From: Epiperipatus broadwayi | Taxonomy: Eukaryota > Animalia > Onychophora | Length of the DNA stretch: 64,000 nt | Direction: 5' to 3' | Assembly: GCA_028023455.1 (NCBI GenBank) | Contig: JAQFVV010000005.1 | Location: 11,408,001-11,472,000 of the forward strand | In this document: in pieces, positions 36,821 to 50,029 of the stretch | Position numbering within the stretch: the stretch's first letter is position 1 | Layout of the letters: every line of letters starts with the position of its first letter | Program-made: the position numbers and the translations under genes | Notes under the pieces: model-generated | What the model was told of the DNA's origin: nothing | Databases searched by the model: none | The model's input: only the letters and a program-made list of their open reading frames with translations

Positions 36821-39800
36821 AGTGTGTTGTAAAAAAGCATTATAAAAATCATAAAGAACATAGTTGAATCATAATGCAGTGTGCTATAATGTCATTGTTA
36901 ATTAATTTGTATTTTTTATGATCCATGTAATTTTTTGTAATCTCACTCCTTTTTTCAGTTATATCAGGTGCAAAAAATTGTATCCACATGTTAAATCTGA
37001 CTACCCATTCTAAATTATAATTTGTAGGCATATTGTGTTAAACAATTGTATCACTACCATTTTGATATTAATGTCTAATTGTATATTTATTTTAAAAAAC
37101 ATGCAATAGTACTTAATGATTAGTTATTTTAAATGATTGACCATATAGGTATTGAGAAATCTTTATATAGCTAAAATTATTGCTAGCATTTTGTTGTCCA
37201 GTTGGCTGTAATTTTTTTTTGCATTTGACAATATCCTGGCCATGAATACGATTGGAGAGTTAACCTTTATTGAGAGATGAACAAAGACTCCTCCAATTTC
37301 TATACACTGATGCATATTTTTAAAGTTTCTTCTAAACAAATTATCAAAATGTACACTTAATTTACTAAATGCAATATTGTTCTAAATTTTTGGAAATTTC
37401 TTGTATTTGCTATCCAGATCCAACATTAATTTTTTTCAAAGCAAATCACATGAAGCTATGATGGCATGGTCTTCAGGTTCTCAAGAAAAATAATTAGATT
37501 TAGAAAAGCCTGAATTTTTTTCATATTTTTTAGTCTCTAAGTGTTTACAATCTCTGCATCAGGCTTTAACTTTATACCAGCAATAATCTGTCCCAAAATT
37601 TTTCTTTCTTTTTCATTTTATATGTACTTCTCAGTATTCAGTTCAGTTGAGAGTTTCTCACATACTGTATGCATTCTATTTTTTAAAATTTTCTACTACT
37701 AGAATATTATCAAAATATGATGTGATTTAGATTGATTTTATTCAGTAGTGCATCATATTTCACTTGCAAAATGTTTGATGCTGTTTTGATTTCAAAAAAG
37801 ATGTGTTTGCTTTTAAACAATGTTTTATTGTTTATATTAGTTGATAACTTGGCCTTTTCTACTAATATTCATAAATGATGGAACATAGAACTTTGCAAAA
37901 AATTTAGATGTATCCACACTTGCTAAGATTTTTCTCATGTTGGAATGGAGCTAGGCTTTCAATTAACAGTTAATTCATAATCCCTACATATATAAAAATG
38001 TGGCTGTTAAATTTAAGCATAATGACTATGCCACAGAATTTTCCCCAAATTTATCACCTGTTTTTCATTAACTTCTCTAGGTCTTCTTCAATCTTTGCCT
38101 TTTGAGTGAATAGTTTCTTTGATAGTTCACAGCAGACAGACATAACCCCTTTCACCTTCAGCTCTATCTTGACAGATACTATATTAATCTTTCCCTGCTC
38201 AAATCTGAATAGTTTTGAAAATTTAATTCATATTTCTCTTTCAGTGCTGATTTTATTGAGTATATAAATCTTTATGCCTAAAGGGGTGAAATATCATTTT
38301 CCTAATATAATTTTACATTGCCTTTTACAATCAAAACATTTAGTATTTTATACTGGTTAGCTATGCCCAATAATCCAATACACATTTCAATACTATCGTT
38401 AGATTTATTTTCAGATTTTTCTATTATAGGGTATTCTTTCTTGCCTATTCAGGTCCGATCCCTATGAGACATGAGGGATATACCAGCTCTGTTATTTACT
38501 TCCATTTCTAAATTTGTTGCAGATTTGAAATACTAGAATTATTTTTTGAAAAATATTTGCATTAGGTTTGTTGACTTCTTCACTGGCTGGTTTTAGCAAA
38601 TCTTGTTTACTTTGAGGTAGACTTGTGTCTTTTTTTATGGCACACCATGGCTTTGTGGCTTTCTTTTGCACATTATTTGTTATACACATTTTGGGCTATT
38701 ACACTCATAATATGTGCCTGAATTTTTTTATGATGATACCATTCTATTTTAACTTTTTCTTAATCTTCAACTGTGCTTTCTTTTAGAATTGTCAGTTAGT
38801 TGGGGTCTTATGAGATCGATTGCTGGAATTTTTTAGTTGCCTAAAAACAGTTTTTGGGCAATATTTTTTTTTATTCCACTGGTAACAAGTCACATATGGC
38901 CAGTATCTGCTAATGAAGTTTGAAATCATTCATGCACTCTATATGTAATTCTAATAATGCTTTTTCCAAATAGTCTCCATATATATAATTAATCACCAAT
39001 TTTCTTAAATTGAATTAAATTTCTTTTTATTATTATAAGTGGTCTATTATGTAAATAAAGGAGGACTATGTACTTAGTAGGTTCATGGATAAAATAATTT
39101 GTTGGCAATTTAACTAAGTCTGCATAAGATAAACATTTTGGGTCTTTTGGCTTGCAAAATCAACTTTTAATTTTGATTAATCTAATTTCACACACAAAAA
39201 AAGTAAAGTGGAAACTCTTAGAACATTATATTTAGAATTGTTAACTATTAAGTATTTTTCTTTATCTTTGTATAAATAGACTGATCAGAAAGGCTGCTCT
39301 GATGCCATATTGTTTATGAAATAAAGACTGAATCTATAAATCTGTTTTGATAAGTTTTGTCTCAATTTCAAGTGTTTAAAACTCTGAGCCTTTTTAATGT
39401 TCTGTAGATCCCAGATCATGGACTATACTATTTAGTATGTTAGTTAGTGGCTGTCAAATTAATATGTAAGATATAGGTTTATTACTGCACTAATATATTG
39501 ATTAGCAGTTTATCAAAATAAATATGCTGTATCCAGGTATTTCAAAACAACAGCAATTGTAGCTAAAGAAAAAATTCCAAGCCGAAACATACCCTAAATT
39601 TTTTTAAAATCACCCATAGACATAAAAAAATGGGAGTAATTATATAATAAAAATGTTAAACACTAATACATAATGATAATATATTATAAGTAATGAATGA
39701 AATATAGTGAAAATTGAACATATTATTAACAAATTAGGCTTACAAAATTTATAATATAAATTGAAATGGCATTTAAAGATTCCTAGATTCTGTTTATGAT

Positions 39801-40025
39801 CTTTAGTGGGAATACCATTGGGTTTGGAGATTTGTTCAAAGTTCTGTTTCTTCTGCAGGAAATATCAGGCTTGGTGCAATGGTCTTCACAGCCACTCTCA
39901 TTTTTATGGTCTTCTGTTGCCTTCTGATATGATTAAATTGGCTGCATGTGAATAACCACAAGGGAAATACAGAAAGATATACATAAATTAAAATATTCCT
40001 GCAAGAAATTACTATTAGCCATTTA

Positions 40026-40641
40026 AATATTAATTCTTATTAAGCACGATGTCAGCACGTAATACTTATATAAGGCTAAAACCTTAGTGCATGTGCTTTG
40101 AGTGTTTAATTTTAGCAAGAGAGACTTCTCCAAATTATAACGCAAGATTCGACTTTATAAAAATAAGAGGGACCCTCCTATCTCTCAACCCATTTTTTTA
40201 ATTATATAGACAAATCTAAAGCATTTTGATTTGGGAGCATGAAGCTAATAAATTCCTCAAGCTAATAAATTCTTCACTGATTAAACCTTATATAAGTATT
40301 ATGTGCTGACATTGCATTTAATAAGAATTAATATTTACAACTTTAAATTGTTTCAAAATATTTCTAAATTTAATATCTGAATATTGACTCATTGTAAATC
40401 GAAAGATTTTGTGAATGTTAATGTTTAACAGAAATAGTGGACTTAATCAGTGAAGAATTTATTAGCTTCATGCTCCCAAATCAAAATGCTTTAGATTTGC
40501 CTATATAATTAAGAAAATAGGTTGAGACATAGGAGGGTCCCTCTTATCTTTATAAAGTCAAATCTTGCATTATGATTTGGAGAGATCTCTCAAAAATTAA
40601 GCACCCAAGGCACATGTACTGAGGTTTTAGCCTTATATAAG
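40026..40641. mobile_element. Fold-back insertion F with perfect 13-bp TSD TATTAGCCATTTA (40013-40025, 40642-40654)
   Basis: Block order is X'(40024-40074) A'(40075-40285) X(40286-40337) centre A(40443-40630) partial X. It is absent from Gypsy copy 1. Confidence 0.85.
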
Positions 40642-41239
40642 TATTAGCCATTTATTATAGTCTGAATAAATAATATTCATTAAAGATTTCAGGTTAGTGG
40701 ATTATTTCAATGATATATACTCAATATATAAAAGGTTGATTAAACAGACATCATAATAATACACACACTTTTAGACTTATTATTACTTATAGTGCATTGC
40801 AGTCCTCATGCTTATCAAACAATTATAAAGTTGTGACAATCTAAAGACTCTAGGCTTTATGTGGAATTATGTGGAACATTCGATTATGAACTGTACTAGA
40901 ATAAGTAGCCACTTCTACTGAATATAGACTCATTCTGCATTATAAATTATTTAGTTTCATGAAACAAGAAATAGACTGCAAGACAAAAATTATAATTTAT
41001 ATATTTGATTATCCATAAGTGATTGACTGTGCATGTATAAATGGAAGCAATATTCAGATTAGAAATATGGAATAAAAATTCAAAATTGGTCAGCATAATA
41101 ATTTTTTTTTTCTCTTTCTGACAGAAGCAAAATCAATTTTTTTGGGTGTTTAAAGAATGAGAATTAATTAAATTCATTAGATAAGTGAGAATGTATGTGT
41201 ATTTTGTTGCTTACCCAAAAATTAGTGGAAAATGATATT

Positions 41240-41630
41240 TAAATAGAAAGGATTTTCACCTTTTTATATATGTGTTGTATTAATTTATATAAGCTCAACA
41301 ATGTTGTGTTGAGTACAGGAAAACTGTCAAACCTAAGTACATGATAGAGACTTTATAAAGTTAAGATTGTCCATCTTATATTTAACTTAAATTCTGAGTT
41401 ATATATGGCAGTACAAAGCACCATGGATTGAGACTGTCTCTCAAAACAAAGATGCTTCAGATTGGCCTATATAAATCAGAATTAAGGTTAAATATAAGAT
41501 GGCCAATCTTATCTTTATAAAGTATCTATCTTGTGCTTGGGTTTGACAGTTTTCCTGTACTCAGCACAGCATTGAGCTTATATAAATTAGTGCAGCACAT
41601 ATATGAAAAGATGAAAATCCTTTCTATTTA
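41240..41630. mobile_element. Fold-back element G (arms ~41240-41408 and ~41466-41630), related to F
   Basis: Reverse-complement arms. It shares ATGCTT.AGATT.GCCTATATAA, CTTATCTTTATAAAGT and TGTACT..CTTATATAA with F. Confidence 0.8.
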
Positions 41631-42944
41631 ATTACATATGTACTATGTGCTTGATAAATAAATTTCAGCATTATATAGAAAATGATAAGAAAGTAATTGG
41701 TATTGGTAAAACAAACTGCATTACAAATGTGATGTTAATCTTTTTAAATGATGTAATAAGATTTTAAAAATCTTGTTTTTTATATTTATCTTAAATAAAA
41801 CACTTACTGTATTAAAAACAGAGAGGAATCAAACAAAGAATTATTAAAAAACAATGTAATTAGAAGTGGGCAAATAAAGGTATGTTGTGGGAGATTATTT
41901 AAAGAAAGGCTAGTTTAGTTTGAATTATTAAATTTTGTGTTTTTGAGAGAAAGGGGCACTAAGAAAAAAGAAGGTGACCAGTGGAATATTTTAACATACT
42001 AGCCAAGACATTAAGAAGCTTATTCTGTCTGGTACTGTACAATTTTTTAGTTACATATACAATATCACCCTGCAGTGCTAGTTAATAATAAAAAATGTCA
42101 CAAATTCCATACTAATTTGCAAGGTTGAGAATATTACTTATTTAAATGTATGCTGCTAGCATTCTACATAATGTGTTCATAAGCATATAGCTGGCTAATT
42201 TTCTAAAATATACCCATTTAAACCTGGAGACATGTAAAGCCCTTCAATATGCAAAAATTGATGCATGAGAAGTGCCTTGCTTAAGAATTTGAACTAATAA
42301 GCTGAGCTTTAGACTCATTACCATCCAGTGATTAATCTTTCTCAAACATCTACAGTTAAATTATGCATCTGACAGAATTGTAATTTTTTATCAAGAAGAC
42401 AATGAAACTTATAACTGGAAAACTATAATTAAAAAAAAAAAAAGTAAAATATATACATATATTAATTGCTTATGTTATTAAACTTTTTTTATTTAAAAAA
42501 AAGGGAAGATATAACATGATCATATTTTAATAACTGAAGACACAAGAAATCCATTGTATGATATTTATGTATATTCTTTAGTATTAGAATGCATTGTCAG
42601 TTACATATTTGTTTTATGTTAAATGATATTGTTTAATTCATGTCAAACAATTAGTAACTATGTAAACTGATGAACTTATTTTAGGGAAATTATGATTTTG
42701 TTTTATTAAAAAGACAGGTCATTTATTATTCTCAAGACAGTTTCTAGCTTATGGTTTTCATCAGTGAGCAGCATTGGATCTGAGAGCATTGCATCTAAAT
42801 CTTTGGACCTAATGCATCCTGCCAGCAGTCACTTTTTATTTTTTAGTTAACTATAATACTACGAGTCCAAATTAAAAATGCTATAATGTTTCCAATCCAA
42901 GCTAATCTGCTTATATCGTCATAGTTCACTCATGAAAGCTATAA

Positions 42945-43410
42945 GCTAGAAACTAGTCTGGAATGAGTAGGCAGTAGATAGACATTTTGATGCACCATCT
43001 TTCTAGCATCTATTGATTACTGTGGCTTGTAAAGTCACAGTATAGTTATTTCTGTTGTGTAAGCATAAGAAATGATGATCATGTGATGATATAGTAGTTA
43101 CCAATCCTAGCCAAAAAATGTTGATGACTTGGTTATTAAAAACACAAAGACATTAAAATATATAGATATTAAACTGGATTCAGATATGTGTGACTATACA
43201 AGCAAATTAGCTTTGATTGAAAACATTATTGTGCTTTTAGTTTGGAGTCATAGCTTTATAGTTAACTAAAAAGAAAATAGGTGACTATTGAAGAGACGAT
43301 TAAATCCAATGCCCCTTATTGATGAAAATCTTAGGCTAGAAACTAGTCTGGACATAATGGGCGAGTAGGCACTAGATAGGAATTTAGATGCATTCACCTT
43401 CTAGAATTAC
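42945..43410 (+). repeat. Diverged ~70-bp direct repeats 390 bp apart
   Basis: GCTAGAAACTAGTCTGGA..GAGTAGGCA.TAGATAG at 42945 and 43335. Confidence 0.75.
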
Positions 43411-45129
43411 TATGGGTTGCACTAGGTGGCAATATTATAGGAGAAAGTTACTATTGTGTAATAAAGATAAAATATTCAAGTATTTATTGTTAAAATGTAA
43501 AATTTGTTTTAATAGTTGTTATTTGGCAGGTAACAAAAATAAAATATTGATTTATTTTAATTGTAATAAATTATTTCTTGTTCTTAGTGCTTACTCGTGA
43601 TAGTGGGCATTTCGTGGGTCTCCTCTGTATCAATAAAACCCCAGAATGCATTTTAAACTGGTGTGCAGTAAGATATTTTATAATATGCATATACATTTAT
43701 GGTTTATTTTTGTATTTTATACTTCTGTAATTTCATTTTTTGATTGCACTATTTTGTTTTTCATTTTTGTACTTTATGTTCTAATTATATGCATATATTG
43801 TGTATTATTGATTTTATTTAATGGGGATCTCAAAAATTTGAAAGACCCAAGGCCCTTGAAGACAAAATCCTCCATTGCTATCATTGCCAATTTATAGTAT
43901 CTACCGTTGAACGACCATTTTATAAATTTAAAAAATAGCAAAATTTCATTATGAAATGCGAAACTTAGACTACTGTATTTTAAGAATATTCAAAATAAAA
44001 CCACTTGATTAGAAAATTATCATATTATTTGATTTCAAACTGCAAAATTAGACTTAAAATAATTTATATGAAAATTTTGGGTTAATAATTTCTTTTTTTT
44101 TAAAAAGATAAGTTAATGTTATGGAAAGGATAGATAGAATTTTTTTTATGAGGCCTATTTATGACACTACCTTATTGACACAATCTTTATTATTAAAAAT
44201 ATTTTATACTAGAGGGCGCAACATATTTTGTTTGTTGAAATGCTTAATAATAAAAATATAGGTTAACTTTAAATATCTTTCGAAGTACATCGAAGTAATA
44301 ATGTGAATTCTTTTTCGGAATTTAGGTAAAGTTCTATTGATTTTCTTATTAGCTATCATAATGTGTGTATGTTTTATCTTGCAGAAATGGTATAATATGG
44401 TTGATGACAGTATAACGTTTTCAAGAAAATATTTCTAAGCCCAAGACATTTATTATTAATTGGAGCACTTTATATTAGTAATTATTTATAGTATTAAATG
44501 ACATTGAAATTTGAGGGATACTTAGTGAAAAGCAGATCCTTTATAATATATCCGCTTTTCATTCATTAATAAAAATTTAAAAAATTGCCAGAATTGAGTG
44601 TAAAAAGCTGTTATCGTTATTTTATATCATAATAATTAATTATCTGATACAATTATATAATTTTAATATCTAATTCAACCAAAATTACTGTTGATAATAT
44701 AATAGTTGTTAAATTATTTCTAATACTGCGTTCATTTTAAACAAATTCTCACATCCACGTGTAAAAGTATTTTGTATTATCTTTTAAAGGCTGATTGATG
44801 TCATTGTAATAGTAAACATTGCTAATCAGTTTGAATAAATTTTTATTATTTGATTAAATTATCAGTTCTGAAGTATGGATTAAATCTAATTCAGAAAATT
44901 AATGTAAAGGATAATTAAACTAATAGAAATAGTTACGCGGACACTGAAAGAAAAAGACGGTTTTGCTTTGGTTAAGTCTACTTAGTGCATAAGTATTTAG
45001 TGCATACTGCTCATTATTGAATAAAATAAAAAAGTAATAGTTAAAAAATAAAATTTCGATATTCTTGAATATGCATATATAAATAAAATCAAGAAAGTCA
45101 TATATTTGTGTGAAAAAATAATTCTTTTA

Positions 45130-46040
45130 ACAAATCAACATCAGTTATTTAACAAATAAAATAGAGTTGAAATGTAAATACATAAAAAATGTTGACATTT
45201 ATTATTGAATTTATGATGTCCTTATGATTGGAATTTTCACTATAGTGTATATCTTAAATAAAATAAAGATAATATATTTTGTAGTAAAAAAAAAAAGTGT
45301 ATTAAATAAAAGAAAGCAAATGGTAATCCATGCACAAAATATGTATTAAACAAAACAAAAGGTTCTTGCACTAAATGTGTATTAAATAAAAGACAGCAAA
45401 AAGTCATTCATGTGTAAAATATGTATAAATAAAATATCAATTATTTAACAAATAATCGTTAACAGATAAAATATAGAGTTGAAATGTCTGCATTGATTAT
45501 TGAATTTATGATGTCCTTATGATTGGAATTTTGACTATAGTGTATATTATATAAAATATATTTTGCAATAAAAAGTATATATTAAATAAAAGAAAACAAA
45601 AAATTGTTTGTGCATTAAATGTATATTAAATAAAACAAAGCAAAGGTAATTCATGTATAAAATATGTATTAAAATAAAACAAAAGGTAATTCATGCATAA
45701 AATATGTATTAAATAAAACAAAAGGTAATTCATGCATAAAATGTGCATTAAATAAAACAAATCAACATGTAATTCATGCACAAAAAAATTTATAAACTAA
45801 AAGAAAGCAAATTATGCACAAAATATGTATTAAATAAAATAAAAGTTTCTTCTTGCATTATATTTATATAAATAAAATATAGCAAAAGGTAATTTATGCA
45901 CAAAATATGTATTAAATAAATTAAAAAGTAGTCCATACAGAAAAGAATTATTAAAAGAAAACAAATCATAAATAAAACATCCAGTAAAAGAAAGCAAAAA
46001 ATATTCTATGCACAAAATATATATTAAAGTGAAAAGTAGT
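45130..46040 (+). repeat. AT-rich minisatellite (~38-45 bp unit) plus a ~300-bp-period duplication
   Basis: Repeated AAATATGTATTAAATAAAACAAAAGGTAATTCATGCATA variants at 45300-46040. The block TTATTGAATTTATGATGTCCTTATGATTGGAATTTT occurs at ~45201 and ~45497. Confidence 0.85.
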
Positions 46041-49000
46041 TAATGCACACACTGCGTATTAAATTATAACAATATGATAAAAATATAACAACTATTACAG
46101 AAAATATAAATAATTATACATTAACAATCTTTCACCATATGATTTTATGCCCTTATGTAATGTTGAACATCTGTTTTGTTAACCTATTACATACAGACTG
46201 CCATCTACTACTTTATATTACAAATGAAATAACATGAAAACAAAACATGAAAATTTATTATGATACAGCAATACAGTTAATAAAGATTGAAACAAATTAA
46301 TTATATAACAATAATAATACACTGAATAGGTAAAAATATTTATATTATTACTATCAAAAAGAGGAGTGCTATTGTGATAGAAAACTAACTAAATAAATAT
46401 TCATAAAATATGTGGCAACAGACTTTAAAATATATAGTAGATAAAATTTAAATAAATAGGAATTAATAATATCTCAGAGTTTTAAGGGCATTCACTATAA
46501 ACTAAGTATGTGCAAATAGCTATTCTGTATATAATAAATAGCAATTTATTGACTATACTTTTGTTATCTCTAAAGAACTAAATACTATTGCTAGGATTAA
46601 TATTAAACTATAATCTATTGATAATTATATTATAAAATAATTTTAAGATATCATGCTATGCTATAAAATAAAATATAAGGATATCATATGATCATGGACT
46701 ATCAAATAGTTGATGATGTGAAATGCAAAAACATGAAAGTCAAAGTAATTTAATAAATATAAAATATGCTTTATTTGCAAATGACAACAATATATTTAAA
46801 AAAAATAAACAATAAGATATTTTCTTAGACTTATGGAATATAAAATTCTACCATTCTAATTCAAATATATTCAATATAATGTATGATTGTTTCTACATGT
46901 GTTTTTAAGACAAACCACGTATTAAAGAGAGGTTTAAAATAGCATCAGAATACATTTTTAAAACTTATTTAATAAATATCTTAATATATTTTATTCAATC
47001 TTTATTTTACTATAATATCATGTCTTTTTTCACACAAAACATCATGTCATTTCATTATATTTTACTAAATACATTTACTATATATAGTGTAATGGAACGG
47101 GATTTTACCTGGTATGAAAATAAGTTAGCTAGATCATCACAGTGAATAAAAGAGTCTATTGTTGATCCTTGCACCTAAATATCTACATACATTTCAATTT
47201 CATTTTTAGGAGAGGACAGGTTAGTGAACAAATAAATATTAAACTATATACCTAAATTTAACTCGTTCTTACCCTCTTTCGTTTCTGTTATTCCCAAGTT
47301 TCAAACTCATGGAGAATCTGCTTGATCATCTAGTTCAGAGTATATCAATATCATTTAAAATATGGGTAGGCATAAACATGTATAGGTGTTTAATGATAGA
47401 TGTGAATATATAAAAATATATATAAATGTGCAAAAATATTTATAAGTATGTGAGAAGATATGACCAATTGAAAAGTGAATTTAGAAAATTACACTAAGAG
47501 ATTTTAATGTAACACTTGTATATATTTAACAACTATATTTACAGTAGTCAATAATTTTAATAAAGAAAATTTATAACAAATTATAAAACTTGTAATTCGA
47601 CATTTATGGTTACTCTTTGCCTATAATTGATTCCAATTATTCCTAATCCTTATTCTCTACAAAGACTAGCCATTTGATGTCCATATCAACATAAATGAAA
47701 TTTATATTATATTTATGATTGTCTCATATTTATGATTGTCTCAATCATCTTTTCTTACCATATTCTTATTTGGAAATCATAATTCATTTCATTTTAATTA
47801 ACTTGATATATTAAATTCCTATCTGTCATAGTGGTGATATGGGATCCCCCTGTTATATACTGTAGTTATGATACAGACAGTGAAGACCATTTATGATAGA
47901 AGACATGTATATCAAAAACATTTAACACAACTATTAGTATAAACAAACAAAGAAAAATATATATGGTATAATTGTACAAATGTTTGGACTAAATATATAT
48001 TAGGTAAAATCTTACCTTTCCCCTTTATGATGATCGGATTTATATGCAAACACGTTCTCATTGTAACCTATATTTTATTTTACTTACACTAATGGCTATA
48101 ATATTTTTCCATTATGTTACATATTAACACTTATGTTCCCCTTTGTATCCATATTAAAGTAAAGATATGAGCAAAAAACATTTATATAAAATCTACAAAT
48201 AAATAAAATTCATGATGTCAACATAAATGTAGTTTTAAAGTTCATAAGGAAAAATGTCTTATTGAATCATTCCAGTAATTCTCATTAATCCATTTCGGGC
48301 ATAGATTGTAAATCATGAGTGTTCTTGAACATTCATTAAGTCACTTTGTTTCCTTGGAACCTTTGCTTTAAAGTGTGAAGTTGTCATATCCATTTTTTAA
48401 TAATAAACTTCATGTTTCATGGCATAGATGTTAAATACTCAGTCAATTTTCTCCCAGTTCTGACAATCGTAGCTTCATGAGTGACAACTTTCTTTTTCAA
48501 ACGTTGATCTTGCATTTAGCTGTATGTTTGTTTGTGTCATTAGTTATATATTTCTTTACTAAATTATTTTGAGTGAATTAAGAGCAATATTTCTTTTACT
48601 ATTAGATATCCTCAAGTCAAGGTACTTTGATCTAGGATTTAGAATTATAAACAATTTGGAAATTCGAATAATCCGACTAATTTTAAAGATTTCAGTTTTG
48701 AATTCCTCAGTTGGGTTGTTTTAATTCTATAAGTTTGTCCTTGCTTTCTTGGGTATTCTGATATTGGTTTTTAAATTATTTCAACTCAAAGATGACTAGT
48801 GTTTTTATTCGAATTGCAAATTCAAATTCTCTGCTTAAATTTTCGTAGATTGTTCAGCAGATGAGAAATTTTATGTTTCTTTGGAGAAGAAGCTCATTGT
48901 TGAAAAATAGCAAGTTCATGATTATCATTTAGGTCCATTGTTGATATCATTATTAGTGATTATTATTATATATAATATGTTAATAACAATAAAATTTTTA

Positions 49001-50029
49001 TTTGCTATTTCTTTACTTTAATATAATTTTTTATTTCTTGCTTGCGTTCACTTTCTCTGATCATATTTCTCATGTAGTGTTGCAGTGTGTTGGAGTTACA
49101 TCACACTTGGTAAGATAATAATTATTAAAGGTTAGTTATTGTGCAAGTGTTTTATAATTTAATTTAGATATGTATTAATGGTTTGTCAATTATAGTGTTT
49201 TATTTTTATTAATATAATGATTAATAAAGAATGTTACTATCATGGATCTTGAATTCAAATTAGGCCACAAGGTGTGTAATTGATATTGGAGGGATGTAAG
49301 AGTCACACCTTACAATATTTATATATATGACTATACAAGTATATATGATGTTACAAGATTGCTTACATAGGCTATAATATAAATCATCAGGTTTCCTCTA
49401 CTGAATGACTATACAACATTAAATCAAAGAATTCACTTCCTTGGAAACTATAAATGACTATAAAGACAATTCTTTTTAGATTTCAGACATTTAAACTATA
49501 ATTCTAGAACATATACATTTATACAGCATTACATCAGTGCCTACAGAGGTACTATAGAGTTATGAGGAGTTTTGCTTAATTTCCTTTCTACCATTCGAAT
49601 TATTTAATATCCCACTTCATTACAGATTGGAAATTATTATAAAGATAAACAAAATGACACTTTATAAAATAATCATAAATATTAATCTTAACTATAAAGG
49701 TATTAACAATCAACCTAACTCTAACAATAAACATGCCCATGCATGAATAATGTAATAATATTAAACATAACTATAAATCTCAATAGTAAAATGCCTGCAC
49801 AACTGATTTCTTCTTATTCACTATCTCTTTACTAGCAGTTATTATGAGGATTTGTATTTTTTATTGACAAAAATAAGATAAAATAATAATAATAAATATC
49901 TATAAACTAAAGATCTTTAAAAGTTGTTGACTTTCTATGAAAATAAATTCTCAAAGCTTTTTTCTTTTCATAGATTTTGGGTCTAAAATGATACACTACT
50001 TTTTTATTTGCATTAATGCTCAACAATTA

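Larger units (their letters stand above)
35814..36871. mobile_element. Non-coding AT-rich PLE-type fold-back (element E; arms ~35843-36298 and ~36439-36858) with 12-bp TSD TAAT(A/G)CAGTGTG (35802-35813, 36872-36883)
   Basis: The arms are diverged reverse complements and each carries a hammerhead near the outer end. The insertion is absent at the matching site of Gypsy copy 1. Confidence 0.8.
35150..40920 (-). mobile_element. Gypsy (Mag-like) copy 2, collinear with copy 1 and carrying two nested fold-back insertions
   Basis: Shared blocks with copy 1 include TGAGACATGAGGGATATA at ~27134 and ~38466. Gag knuckle CAKESHKAMVC at ~38672-38640 (minus). Integrase GHP at ~35614. Confidence 0.8.

Noticed and set aside
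45300-46040. Regularly spaced repeats resembling a CRISPR array
   Set aside because: Tandem units without unique spacers, no cas genes, eukaryotic context.
47800-49300. Possible additional LTR-element gag remnant on the minus strand
   Set aside because: No unambiguous motif, LTR pair or primer-binding site could be read.
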